From Dicyema japonicum (taxonomy: Eukaryota; Animalia; Dicyemida), in assembly GCA_011109175.1 (NCBI GenBank), contig RDEW01000007.1, positions 681,712 to 745,711 of the forward strand: DNA of 64,000 bases, given 5' to 3'. Below, in pieces: positions 53,412-64,000 of the stretch (position 1 is the first letter of the stretch; each line of letters starts with the position of its first letter). The translations under genes were made by a program, and so were the position numbers. Under the pieces are notes generated by a model. It ran no database searches. It saw only the letters and a list, made by a program, of their open reading frames with translations, and was not told the origin of the DNA.

Positions 53412-56150
53412 CCAAGGTCCTCGACATCTTTAGCTAAAAAGTCATCTTTTTTAAATTTTATAAAAATTCATTTTATCGGGTCTATAGGTAAGTGGAACAT
53501 TTTACCAAGGTATTCGACATTTTTAGGTAAAAAAAGTCATTTTTTTAAATCTTATAAAAATTGATTTTAAGGAGTCCTATAAGTAAGTGGAACATTTTGC
53601 CAAGGTCCTCAACATCTTTAGCTAAAAAGTCATCTTTTTTAAATCTTATAAAAATTGATTTTATGTTTATTAACTTAAAAATGAAAGATTTATTTTCAAA
53701 AGGAAAAAAAGAAAATAATTATAAATGTTAGTAAAATACATATTTTACTAAATTTTTTTTAAATTGATAACAATTCATTGAAGAATAAAACCAAATAGTT
53801 AAAGGCTACTGGCTGCTCTCAGGATTGAGAGCGCATTTCCCCTTACGATCTGTAAGGAGATGCGCTCAATGAGCCAGGCTTCTCTCTGACATCCCTCCTC
53901 CTTTTAGCGACTAACGATCCAATTTTGTTGAGCAGGGCTAACGACCTGTTTCCTATGACTCCCGAAGTTTCGACTGCGACTAGTTCAAATGTGTACTGTT
54001 CGCCGAGGCAGGTGTACTTCTTTGCTTTAAGTATTTCTGCTTTCTCTGCAGCTGAGCCTGGATTTGTCGCACTCATTGTAATATTGGAAGGGGAGAAGCT
54101 ATCTACGCAGGTGGCATCCCAGGCCAGGTACTTCCCAGCATCCCACGGGAACAGAGTCGATCCATCCGGCCTTCTGTTTGCCGTGGCAAGTCCTAGGGGC
54201 TCCATCTGGACAGGGAATCCGGCAGCTTCTAGTCCCCACGCAATAACCTTGTTGATTGCACTATGTCTCAGGCTCCTTCCAGCGCTCCTTCGGCAGGAAA
54301 GTGCGTGGAGTCCTTTCGCGTTGACTATTCCTCCACATCTACAGAGATGGATTGTGCAAACATCGATTCCGAGGCGGACGCAAACCCCAATCCTCGTGGA
54401 GTCATAGTCCAGAAAAGTTCCGAGTGAAATGCACGGGAATGCTTTGAGCCATGCACCACTTACGTTTGTTGATGCGGTAGCCAGACAAGCCAGACGATTT
54501 TAGCTCATCGATGGTCCTCGAACATACAAGTTCGTTCCAGTCCCAAATTAAATCCAATCCAAACATCGTGAGCCATGCATGCCATTGGTTCAGTGTCCGA
54601 TCTGTTATTGTAGCGTAAGATCTGGTGAACTAGACCACGGGAAGCATATTCTACTAAATTGAATATATATTCTGTCGGATCCATATTAAGTAACATTTGT
54701 TCTTAAACAATTTTCAATATATTCTCAGATAAAGCGATATATTTAGTTTTTCTAAGAATTTTTTCTCCATTTTGTAATCTTAAAAATTTTATCATTCGCT
54801 TTTTTTTATCAATTTTTTACAAAATTTCTTGGAGTCTTGTTTAGTGTCTAAATGTACTTCTAAAAACGTTGTTTCAGCCTTCAATTGAGTTATTTGTCCG
54901 TGGTAAGTCCTCATATAAATTATCCGGATTATTCCAATAATTAATTGGAAATCTCGGAATTAATCCATTTTCTTGATTTCCAATATAATTGATCGAAAAA
55001 TATTGATATGATAGATTTAGAATCGCAGGAAAATCTGATCTCGACACTATCTAATCAAAAGTGTTCTTTACAGTATGTGTAGGAATAAAGGAGATGCATT
55101 TCGACAGTTTTACAAATCTATCGTTAATTTTAAATCACATTTATTTATATCTTCATTATTTATGTCGTTGAAAATTCATAACTCCAATATTTTTGGTAAT
55201 ATTTTGTCCTAGATTGAACATGCAGCAATTTATCCGTGCGTTTGGAAATGACTTTTGAAAAGAGTTTATTGCCCCTTTTTCAAAATCTGAGACAATAACT
55301 CTTGGTTATAAATCCGGAATGAGACGTTTAATTATCTGAAGCATTGTGTCATATTAATTTTCAGTTTTTGATGTTAAAAGACATAATATTATTGGAATTA
55401 CATGGTGATTAATTATTACCGATGTTGTGATTAACTGCTTCCAAGGAAGCTTCATGTCCTCCCGTAATAAGGCTCTCTTGACAAATTCACTCCTTGGAAG
55501 ATGATTATGTTGCTTCAGGCTCCAAACTTCATCGTACGATTGAATGGTTGTTACAGATCCAAGACAGGTACGACCTGAGCACCTCCAATGTGCTTCGTCC
55601 CTTACTGTATTTTAAATGGTACAGATTTCCATCATGTTCTAAACTTCTATGTCCCTTCTGGTTAACGAGAAACAGCATGCAATAATGAATCAATTGATTA
55701 ATTAAATTATTCAAAAGTTTTATTATAATATAAGAAATTAAAAGAAAAAATCACTCATTAAATTTAGTTTTGATAAATATAATTAATTTTTATTCCGAAG
55801 TCACTTAGTATCTTAAAATCATAGGGTTTGGAAGACCTTGGTAAAATGTTTCACTTACCCATAAAACCCGTTAAAATCATTTTTTATAATATTTAAAAAA
55901 GATGACTTTTTACCTAAAAATGTCGAGGACCTTGGTAAAATGTTCCACTTACCCATAGGACCCCTTAAAATCAATTTTTTATAAGATTTAAAAAAGATGA
56001 TTTTTTACCTAAAGATGTCGTTTCGCTAAAATTTCGTGATGTTTATTAATGAACTTATCAAAACTTGAAAAAATTAATTAGAGGCCATTTTGAATGGAGG
56101 CCGTTTTGAAAAAGGCCATTTTGAATGGACACGATATTGAGTCCCCGAAT
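53412..56150 (-). mobile_element. Foldback-type Mutator (MULE/Phantom-like) element with tandemly repeated inverted arms
   Basis: ~94-bp tandem units at 53412-53665 are inverted relative to those at 55836-56020. Between them lie MULE transposase remnants (PRVIVSDFEKGAINSFQKSFPNARINCCMFNLGQNI, ~55200-55330) and a FLYWCH-like segment (FLVNQKGHRSLEHDGNLYHL..WIC, ~55560-55680). Confidence 0.72.
53790..54620 (-). mobile_element. 3' fragment of a CRE-clade non-LTR retrotransposon (CCHC + RLE) inserted in the MULE element
   Basis: SGAWLKAFP..RIGVCVRLG..CRCG..GLHALSC..RHSAINKVI..MEPLGL..RRPDGSTLFPWDAGKYLAWDATCVDS..AEILKAKKY..AVETSGVIG. Confidence 0.85.
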
Positions 56151-56639
56151 TCAAATTCTAAGTTAGAGAAACCCCCCTTAAGGTTTACAGCCAACGACTA
56201 ACCATTGGCTTTGTAAATTATGATCATTGAAGATGAGAAGGTAAATTTAAAGTTTTTATTCTTTAGAAAGTTCATCTCATTAGTACTAAGAAACATCTAA
56301 TTTGTAATCTCACTAATGCAGAAAATGTAAGAGTTCTTAGACCATTATTATAATCGCATTCGCAATAAGACAGTTATATGCTTCCGTCGCTTGTGCCACC
56401 TCCGGATGATCCCGTCTGTTAGAATCCTCCACGCTATTCTAGAGATTTCAATTTTTCGAATGCTCTCTAGATAATCTTCGTCTTCTAATGCCAACTTAGC
56501 ATGTTTTAAATCGAAGTTCATTATTGATGGCAAAATTGCTAGTGGCTTCCTTCTAAGAGCCTCTGAGCAGAGGAAGTATGATTCCATAATATCGTATTCA
56601 GGAATGGCATGATTCATCCGTAATGTGTCCAAATAATGT

Positions 56640-57870
56640 TATCCAAATTAAGTCGTGTCCGACCCTTGGAGATCTCATGAGCCAATTTTCTTCACTCTCC
56701 CCGATCCGTCGCAATTTGGAGTAGCCTTGATATAGGCATTCCCGTGACGTCTTCTACCGTGGATAGCCACCGAGTCCTCGTTCGGCCAGGTCTTTTTTTT
56801 CCAGTAATATTACTTACCATAATGGTTCTTTCCAGTGAATCAGAGCGGACAACATGCCCAAAGAACGCCAATCTGTGTTTTACGATTATTCCTTCTAGCG
56901 AAATGTCAGTCTCTATCCGTTTGAGTACATCGATGTTTGTTATTTTGGAAGTCCAAGGGATTCTTAGTAACCTCCTCCAGCACCACAGCTCAAAAGCATC
57001 AATTTATCGTCTATCCGCCTTTTTCAATATCCATGATTCTGTACGGAATCAAAAATGTATAACGGAATCAAAAACTTTCCGATAATCAATGAAGCACATG
57101 TATACATTCTTTTGGGATTCATGGGCTTTCTCCATAATCCACCGGATATTTGCTATATGGTCACGTGTGCCTCGTCTTTTCCTGAATCCTGCTTGGACAT
57201 CCGGTAGAATCATTTCGGCATTTGGCATTAGACGATGTTGTATTATCTTTAGAAGTATTTTGCTGACGTGGGGAATTAAGGCTATGTACGATAGTTTGAA
57301 CAGTCCTTGCTATCCCCTTTTTCGGTATTGGAATAAATATAGATCTTTTCCACTCGCGTGGCCAAATACCAGTTTCGAAATTTTTTGACATAGACTGGTA
57401 ATAGCTGTCACCGGTATAGCCTTCAACAATTCGCTTGAGATGTCAATCTCCGGTGCCTTGTTCCCTGTTAACTGCCGTATAGCCCACACGCATTCCTCCT
57501 CAAGGGTTTTATACCCCTCACCCAACGTTGCTTCATCAACATATATGGGTGGGCACAATTTTCTGAATATTTCTGAATATAGTCGTATATTCTCTCCAAC
57601 GATTTCGGATGTTCTGTTGGCTTAGCAATTCTACACCATCCTTGTCCTTGATTTTGCCCATCATTTTCGTAAAGGAGGCTCGTAATCTTTTTAGTTGTAA
57701 ATACGCATTCCTAGTGTGACCTCTCTTATAGTCATCTCCAATTTTTTGCAGCGTAACTTCCAGGAGTCTTCTTTATCCTTCCTAGCTGCCTTTTTGAATT
57801 CAGAGTTAAGTTTTCTTGTCTCGTCTATATTCCCAGAGACTTTAGCAGCTTTACGAGCCCAGAATAACAT
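56640..57870 (-). mobile_element. RTE-clade (BovB/RTE-1-like) LINE fragment with internal deletion
   Basis: GNKAPEIDISSELLK, GIWPREWKRSIFIPIPKKG, QAGFRKRRGTRDHIANIRWIMEKA and CFIDYRKVFDSV, then directly IDAFELWCWRRLLRIPWT..FFGHVVR. Confidence 0.88.
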
Positions 57871-58809
57871 ATGACATGAGAACAATTAGCTTTGTAGAAT
57901 TCTTAGTTATAAAATGTCACAATCCTATTAGTTTATCCGCGAATAAATTAATTTTTTTAAATTTTTGTTTTTTTAATTTTGTTTTTTTTAAATGCACACT
58001 AAAATATTATGCATAACTTTTGTTTTTGTGATTTCCATTAAAAAATAAAACTATCTAGATTTTATATTCTCAGAAAACCAACAGTACTCACTTTTTTGCT
58101 CATTTTATTTAAATCTATTTAAAAATAAATTAGCCAGAATAAAAAAAATTTTAATAATATTTTTTTAATAAAAAAATTATCTAAAATCAAAATCATTTCT
58201 ATTCTAACTATTTCTTGCTTCTCTTCAATAAAATTAATATTATGTCTCGTCCCGCACAGGTTACCCATCCCGTGGTGGTTACATTTCACCTGTCAATCGA
58301 CATGTTGCCTGTCATTCAATCAATATTAATTGGTTTCTAATCAAAGAATTTATTTTTTAAGTCTATATTTTCTTGACTCGACTCATGTTGACTATTTTCA
58401 ATTTTCCTGAACGTGCCTTTTCAACTTTAGCGATGGATTAGTCCCATGATCCTTTAAAACTCGTATCTAAATTTATTCACTAAAGCCACCTCATTTCCAA
58501 TAGAAAAATCATATTTTTGATTGAACGTTCATTCTTTTGTTCATCCGCTTAAAAAAGTCTGAATTTAGATTTTCTGGAGAAAAATTAAGATCAAAATGAT
58601 CTGAATCTAAGTTTTCTAGAAGACTTTATACAATAAATACCTGAAACATCTGAAATATGTTCCACGTCAATATCCTCTGATGATCGTGGAAAAGTATCAT
58701 CCTAACTCTCATTTTCTATGAAGTTGAAAAAAATAAACCTTTAACTCACAAATGACTGTATTTATTCCTGAAACTTATCTCAGGTTTATAAATGGAGTTT
58801 CATTTGTGG

Positions 58810-58970
58810 TCTCCCTGCAGCATCAATGGGGTCTGCCTGGAATCGTTCATTAGGTCTATTGGCAGTCACATGGTACTTAGAATCGGAAACCTGTTGTATA
58901 AATTAATTTTCTACTTTAAGTGAAATAGAAAACTTACAAATTGTGCACTCTTGGAGAATTCTTTCAATAA
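58810..58970 (-). pseudogene. Integrase-like fragment (Ginger/KRBA2-type zinc + rve start)
   Basis: ILQECTICK ... HVTANRPNERFQADPID resembles the CxxC..RPNERxQxDLID start of DDE integrases; disrupted. Confidence 0.4.
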
Positions 58971-59459
58971 TTTTCAATTTTATTAAATTTTAATTGAATA
59001 TCTTGCTCACTCTTTGATTTTCTATCAATTATAATTTTGTTACGCTTTACCTGGGGATCTCTGCAAACATGGCTGTGAAGATTTCTTCTAAATGGTCCGC
59101 GTTTCCTTTATCACCAATGGTAACCCTACCTACCGTCCTTGATGAAGTTCTTGGCAAATCGGAAGACGCCTCAAGGAAGTGTAAGACCTCGACTGGCTAT
59201 GGGAGTTGGCAAAGAATCGTCAGAGTTGGTCGAAGTTAACTAGATGTTTGATATCTCGTCTTACACGTTCTTTGTCACTACCTATGATATAGATAATTCC
59301 CTACAATAATACCCCTTTACCTTGTCAACGGTGTTTTTATGTTTTTAATCGCCCAGTAAGAGCTTGTGTGGGCACGAGGGAGGAGCAACGGGAAAGATGA
59401 GGATTTTAATGGAACGCATCAGGATCACGATCGGTTGAGTTAGTGACGTGGCTCTTTAA

Positions 59460-62050
59460 ATGCAGTCTGAAAAATACAAGATTCAATGGGATGGCCTCAA
59501 CCTACTCTCGTTTAATGTCAGGGGGATCTCGAAGACATGGATGAGGAAAACACTGTGCGATGATTTAGACAAGTACCGCGTCTCTATCGGATGTCTGCAA
59601 GAAACGAAGGTCTCTGATGGATGCTGTGAACACTATGGAACCTATAAACTTATTCTCTTCCCTAGTGAGTCTAAACATTACGGACAAGGTTTCGCAGTCC
59701 ATGAACATCTTGTACCACGGATACATCAATTTTGGAAAGTCAACGACAGGATTAGTGTTCTGCAAATTAGGATGAATGACATGTGCCCTTCCAAAAGCTA
59801 CATGACAGTCATTAACGTGTATGCTCCACATAGTGGCAGATTTTTGAAAAATCCTGAGGAACTGGATGACTTCTACTGTCAACTATTGAGGACGTACTCG
59901 GAATACGAATCTTCGTCGTTGATATTTATTGCCGGGGACTTTAACGCTAAAGTTGGGATGCGACGCAGTGGAGAGGAATCGTTCATCGGCAGGCATGGAC
60001 GGGGGTGGAGAAACACCCCGGGAACACTACTGGCCAATTTCTGTCAAGCGAATGATCTTTTCATAGGAAACACTGCCTTTATGCACCCAGCTCGCCACAG
60101 GAGCACATGGACTGGCCATAGAACGAACTCGGAAAACAAAAGTGTCAATATTTATAATCAAATTGATTACATCATTTGTCGGACCAAGGACAAACACCTA
60201 CTGAATGATGCCCGTTCTTATGGAGGGTCGATGATAAATAGTGACCATAAAATGGTTATTGGCAAGTTCTCCTTGAAGAAATACTACATTGGCAGGAAGA
60301 ACCTGAGTCTAAGCAAAACGCTACCACCTTACCATACCCATGTATATATGACTGAGAAGCTCTGGTCTCAGCCGCTGCTGGTGACAAACTACCAAAAACA
60401 TATAGAGAACCACCTATATACATTACCAGCTAATATGACTATACAAGACCTATGGGATCAGACCAAAAGCATTATTTGCCTTGCCGCAAACACCCACCTT
60501 GGAGTGAGACGGCAGACAACCGGAAATATGTCACTTGGCCATCCAGACTCCTTATTACTGGCAAAACAACAACGAGAAATATGGATACAGAGTCTAAACA
60601 CGACGGATATACATATCAAAAACAAACTACGAACTGAACGAAATATTATCAAGAGAAGAATCATGAAGCTTAATAATGAACACTCGAAGGATGTCTTCCT
60701 ATCACATCTTAGAGAGCTGGAGCAACTAAAGGACAATGCACAAATGTTCGCTGCAGTCCGACTAATGCGAGGAAAGAAAAAAGCGACAGTACATGTTATG
60801 GATGGGAAGGGGAAACTTATCTTAAAACCAGACGAACAGATCGAATTGATTGCTGCCCATTTTGAAAAACTGTTCAATGCGAACGGCCAAGAACTGGCCC
60901 CTTTCATCGGAGAACCGCGGATGCTGGAAACAATTATCACATCTAAGGAAGTTCAGAGTGCGTGCAGTAAGCTAAAGAATCACAGGAGCGCTGGACCAGA
61001 CAACATCCCTCCCGAACTGCTGAAATATGGACCTATGCGTCTATTCGAAACCATTGCGACATTGTTAAATGGAATGTTTACATCCAACTCTGTCCTACCA
61101 CTGGGGAAAGGGACATTGATACCTATACAAAAGCCTAACAAACCAAAGGGACCACTAGAAAGCCTACGCCCAGTCATATTGTTAAACACATTACGAAAAG
61201 TTCTTGCATCTGTTGCTTTGGACCGCTTAAAACATCCTGCAGGAAATTACCTATCAGCATGCCATAGTGGATTTCGTGAAGGAAGGTCGACAGCGGACAT
61301 TCTGTGGAGCCACAGGTGGCGGTGTGCAACGGCTCAAAGATACAAAAATGCCACGACCATCCTGGGGATCGATATGTCAAGAGCTTTCGACACCATTAGC
61401 CGACACAAGCTAATGGTTGTCCTTCATCAATTTGTGGACCAATCATTGCTACGGATAATCAGAGTACTTCTCTCAAGTACTGAACTGTCAGTCCGAATTG
61501 GGAGAACTCTATCCCGACCATTCAAAACTACAATCGGCACTCCTCAGGGAGACTCCCTCTCCCCCTTACTATTTGTGATATATCTCGAAGCTGCACTAAA
61601 GGATCTAAGAACTTGCTATGAAGGAAAAATAAACGAAGTCGTATACGCGGATGATGTGGATTTTATATCCGAGGATACAGAAGCTCTCACACATCTGCTG
61701 GAAAATGCACCGGACAAACTGGGGAATGGTTCCTCATCGTTAACCGGGCCAAAACGGAAATCACGGAAATCAAAAGAATGGACAACATCCTTAATGAACG
61801 TTGGCGACATGTTAATAAGCTTGGATCCCTACTGGGGGACACAGAAGACATCATCAAAAGGAAAACACTTGCAGGAGTAGCAATGCGAAAACTCAAAAAG
61901 GAATGGCTGAAAGGACTAGATGTCAATCTGCGGATACGCATGTACAATACATTTGTGAAACCGATACTGACATACAATGCTGGTACTTGGGCCTGTACAG
62001 GTGCGGAATCAATGGCTCTCGATGGGTTCCACAGAAAACAGCTTTAGAGC
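59460..62050 (+). mobile_element. Near-intact APE-RT non-LTR retrotransposon ORF (RTE-like; clade uncertain), 3'-truncated
   Basis: 806-aa ORF with APE (FNVRG, LQETK, INVYAP, GDFNAK, QIDYI, SDH) and RT (SAGPDNIPPELLK, LRPVILLN, GFREGRST, IDMSRAFD, PQGDSLSP, YADD). One frameshift near 61720 continues into 61778-62047 (KLGSLLG..PILTYNAGTWA..FHRKQL). Confidence 0.93.
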
Positions 62051-62279
62051 AGAGCTTTTCAAAAAATAATTCTCGCGGCACACTAATCGTAAAAAAAATA
62101 ATCCACGGCACACATTAAAAAATAAAAAATTAATTTTTTAAGATGTGTAAACTAAGAACAAAAATTGGTAATTTAATGCCAAAATTTTTATTAATAAAAA
62201 AATGAATTCTTAATTATTATTGTTTTTGCATATATCATCAATATCAGGTCGAATGGTTAACAAAGGCACTTCGCATTTC

Positions 62280-62461
62280 AGCACAAATCGACGAAAAACA
62301 GTGTTAACTGACAAAGGTATCTTCATTATTTTTTGTTCGTATTTATGACCAACATAGTCCGAGCAATAACACGACAAGCAGGGATTATCAAGTTTTTCGC
62401 CAATATTGTGAGGTTTTAGTTGTTTTGCTATCACTTCTGAGATCAGGTATGAACATTTCAA
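62280..62461 (-). mobile_element. hAT (Buster/ZBED5/SCAND3-like) transposase fragment
   Basis: CSYLISEVIAKQLKPHNIGEKL...KIPLSVNTVFRR resembles the ASY..AK..KPHTIGE.LI..IPLS..TV.RRI motif. Confidence 0.7.
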
Positions 62462-62592
62462 TGATTCCTTTTGTTTAAAAAAGTTTCACTGAAACATCAT
62501 TTGACTAGATCTACGATTCCGTTTACCACGTAGCACTTATGTAGAGTTGACTGACTGAGATTATTAAAATAAGAAAATAATTAAAAGTAATA

Positions 62593-64000
62593 TTATAATT
62601 TTAAATTGTTTCCGATAATTAGATGATTATTTTTTACACAATATTTATTCAAATAAGATATTTCTATTAATTAATATTATATTACTTTTCAGTCTCATGT
62701 TGTCTATTAAATTGTTTTCCCATGTTGCCAGTAATATGTTGTAATAACCCGGAGATTGATCAAAAAATTTCAAATATTTGTTCGAGTCCTCACTTGGAAG
62801 TATTCTATCAAATTCTCCCTTTCGGTTGAACTCGTCCTCACTTTGGATGAGAATCCTCGCATCGTCTGGTGTCAAGTCATTTATAATCGAGTTGGTGTTC
62901 TAAGTAAAGGCGCTTCACTACTTTTTTTTCTTGCCAATTTTTCACATAGTCAATATGTTTGTGTTTTTCTTCGCAGGTGAGGACAGACCGAAACAATCTC
63001 TCGTCGAACATTAAATGAGAGTGATTTCTGGCAATTGATAGCAGTGAATACCGATCAAACGTGCACGACATGGACCTAGTTAGTGTTCTGTCATTCAAAT
63101 TAGGCAACATCCAGCCGGCAATGTTGAACATGTCCCTTACGATGAGTTCTTTCAGATTAGCATCCAATTGGGAGGTTGAATGTAGACTGGGATAACAATT
63201 CAATCACCTTGGGGATATATTTACTTCCAACAGCCACGGTTTTAATTTCGAGTCTAAGATAATGTCAAATCCGTAAAGTTCATGCACAGAGTACCTCGAC
63301 ACACCAGTGCTTCTTATGGCAGCATTAATGGAGTTTTCAGCACTAAAACATGTTTCAGAAAGGAACCTGATCACAGTTTTTACGACAATGTCATATATTT
63401 TTTGTTTGATAACGTCTGGATTAATATACACGGATATATATCTCCAGAACTGATCAAGACTCCATTTGTCGCTGTTTACATCAAAGTCGAGGTCATTACT
63501 CCCATTGGGCCTGTAGTTGGAGTTCTTTTTGTTGACTGAATAGTTTGTCAGGTGAATAAAACGGTTTTTAACATCATTTTGAGAATATCTGGGATAATAC
63601 CAAGCTTACTTTTCCGATGCAAAGCGAACAAGCCCAGATCTATGAACGTAAATGCGAAGGGGGTTAAAGCAGGAAATATACACGTAAATTCGCAAATCAA
63701 ACTTTTTTCCGTTTATTAAAAATGGGTCGGATATGTATCTAACTGTAAACTGAAAAATACCTTTGAATTATCAACGCACTGCTTTTCGATTATATTTTGT
63801 AACCCCTGAACAACCCTTATGCCTATTCCACGTGCTGACGCTGGCTTTGCGTTATATAATCCTATACTGGCTTTAATATCCATTTTGAGTTCTTTTTGCT
63901 GTCCATTAACACAAAGTCGTAATCTTTCGGGAGACAATATGTTTTGGGGAAAAAATTGTATTCTTCCCCAAATTTTAAATAAGCCTTCTTTAGATTTCTA
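62593..64000 (-). CDS. TTLL4: Tubulin polyglutamylase TTLL4-like (5'-partial), tiny introns
   Basis: WILKP|PASARGIGI, KKFDLRIYVY..PLRIY..GLVRFAS, HLTNYSVNKKN, ELYGFDIILDSKLKPWLLEVNISP|SLHS and LTPDDARILIQSEDEFNRKGEF. Introns at 63845-67 (23), 63739-60 (22), 63589-609 (21), 63187-207 (21), 62900-21 (22) and 62664-85 (22). A couple of indels are assumed. Confidence 0.88.

Noticed and set aside
56348-56632. 94-aa minus-strand ORF (MDTLRMNHAIPEYD...)
   Set aside because: No recognisable domain; it lies between the RTE 3' end and the MULE arm, so it is unsupported as a gene.
59340-59459. HDV-like or hammerhead ribozyme in the LINE 5' UTR
   Set aside because: I could not build the required pairings or catalytic core by eye; a covariance-model search would be needed.

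Overview
Eukaryotic, probably animal, genomic DNA read with the standard genetic code. It carries frequent 1-nt homopolymer indels typical of unpolished long-read assembly. The organism has ultra-short GT-AG spliceosomal introns, mostly 21-25 nt. Positions 1-31,432 are the 3' part of one giant gene for a single-pass, Thr/Asn-rich, mucin-like surface protein. The gene is a hierarchical tandem array: 42-nt (14-aa) monomers build four phase-1 exons, which are separated by four near-identical 23-nt introns, and these form a ~1,979-bp (629-aa) higher-order unit present ~15-16 times. The array ends in a short unique region, a transmembrane helix and a basic cytoplasmic tail. The ORF track misses this gene because every intron ends in an in-frame TAG. 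Positions 31.5-64 kb are a transposon graveyard (R4/Dong-, CRE-, Jockey/I-, RTE-type LINEs, hAT, MULE/foldback, a tRNA-SINE). They also hold three host genes with tiny introns: PXK, a multi-C-type-lectin membrane receptor and TTLL4 (partial). All identifications are from motif recognition by eye; no database searches were run.
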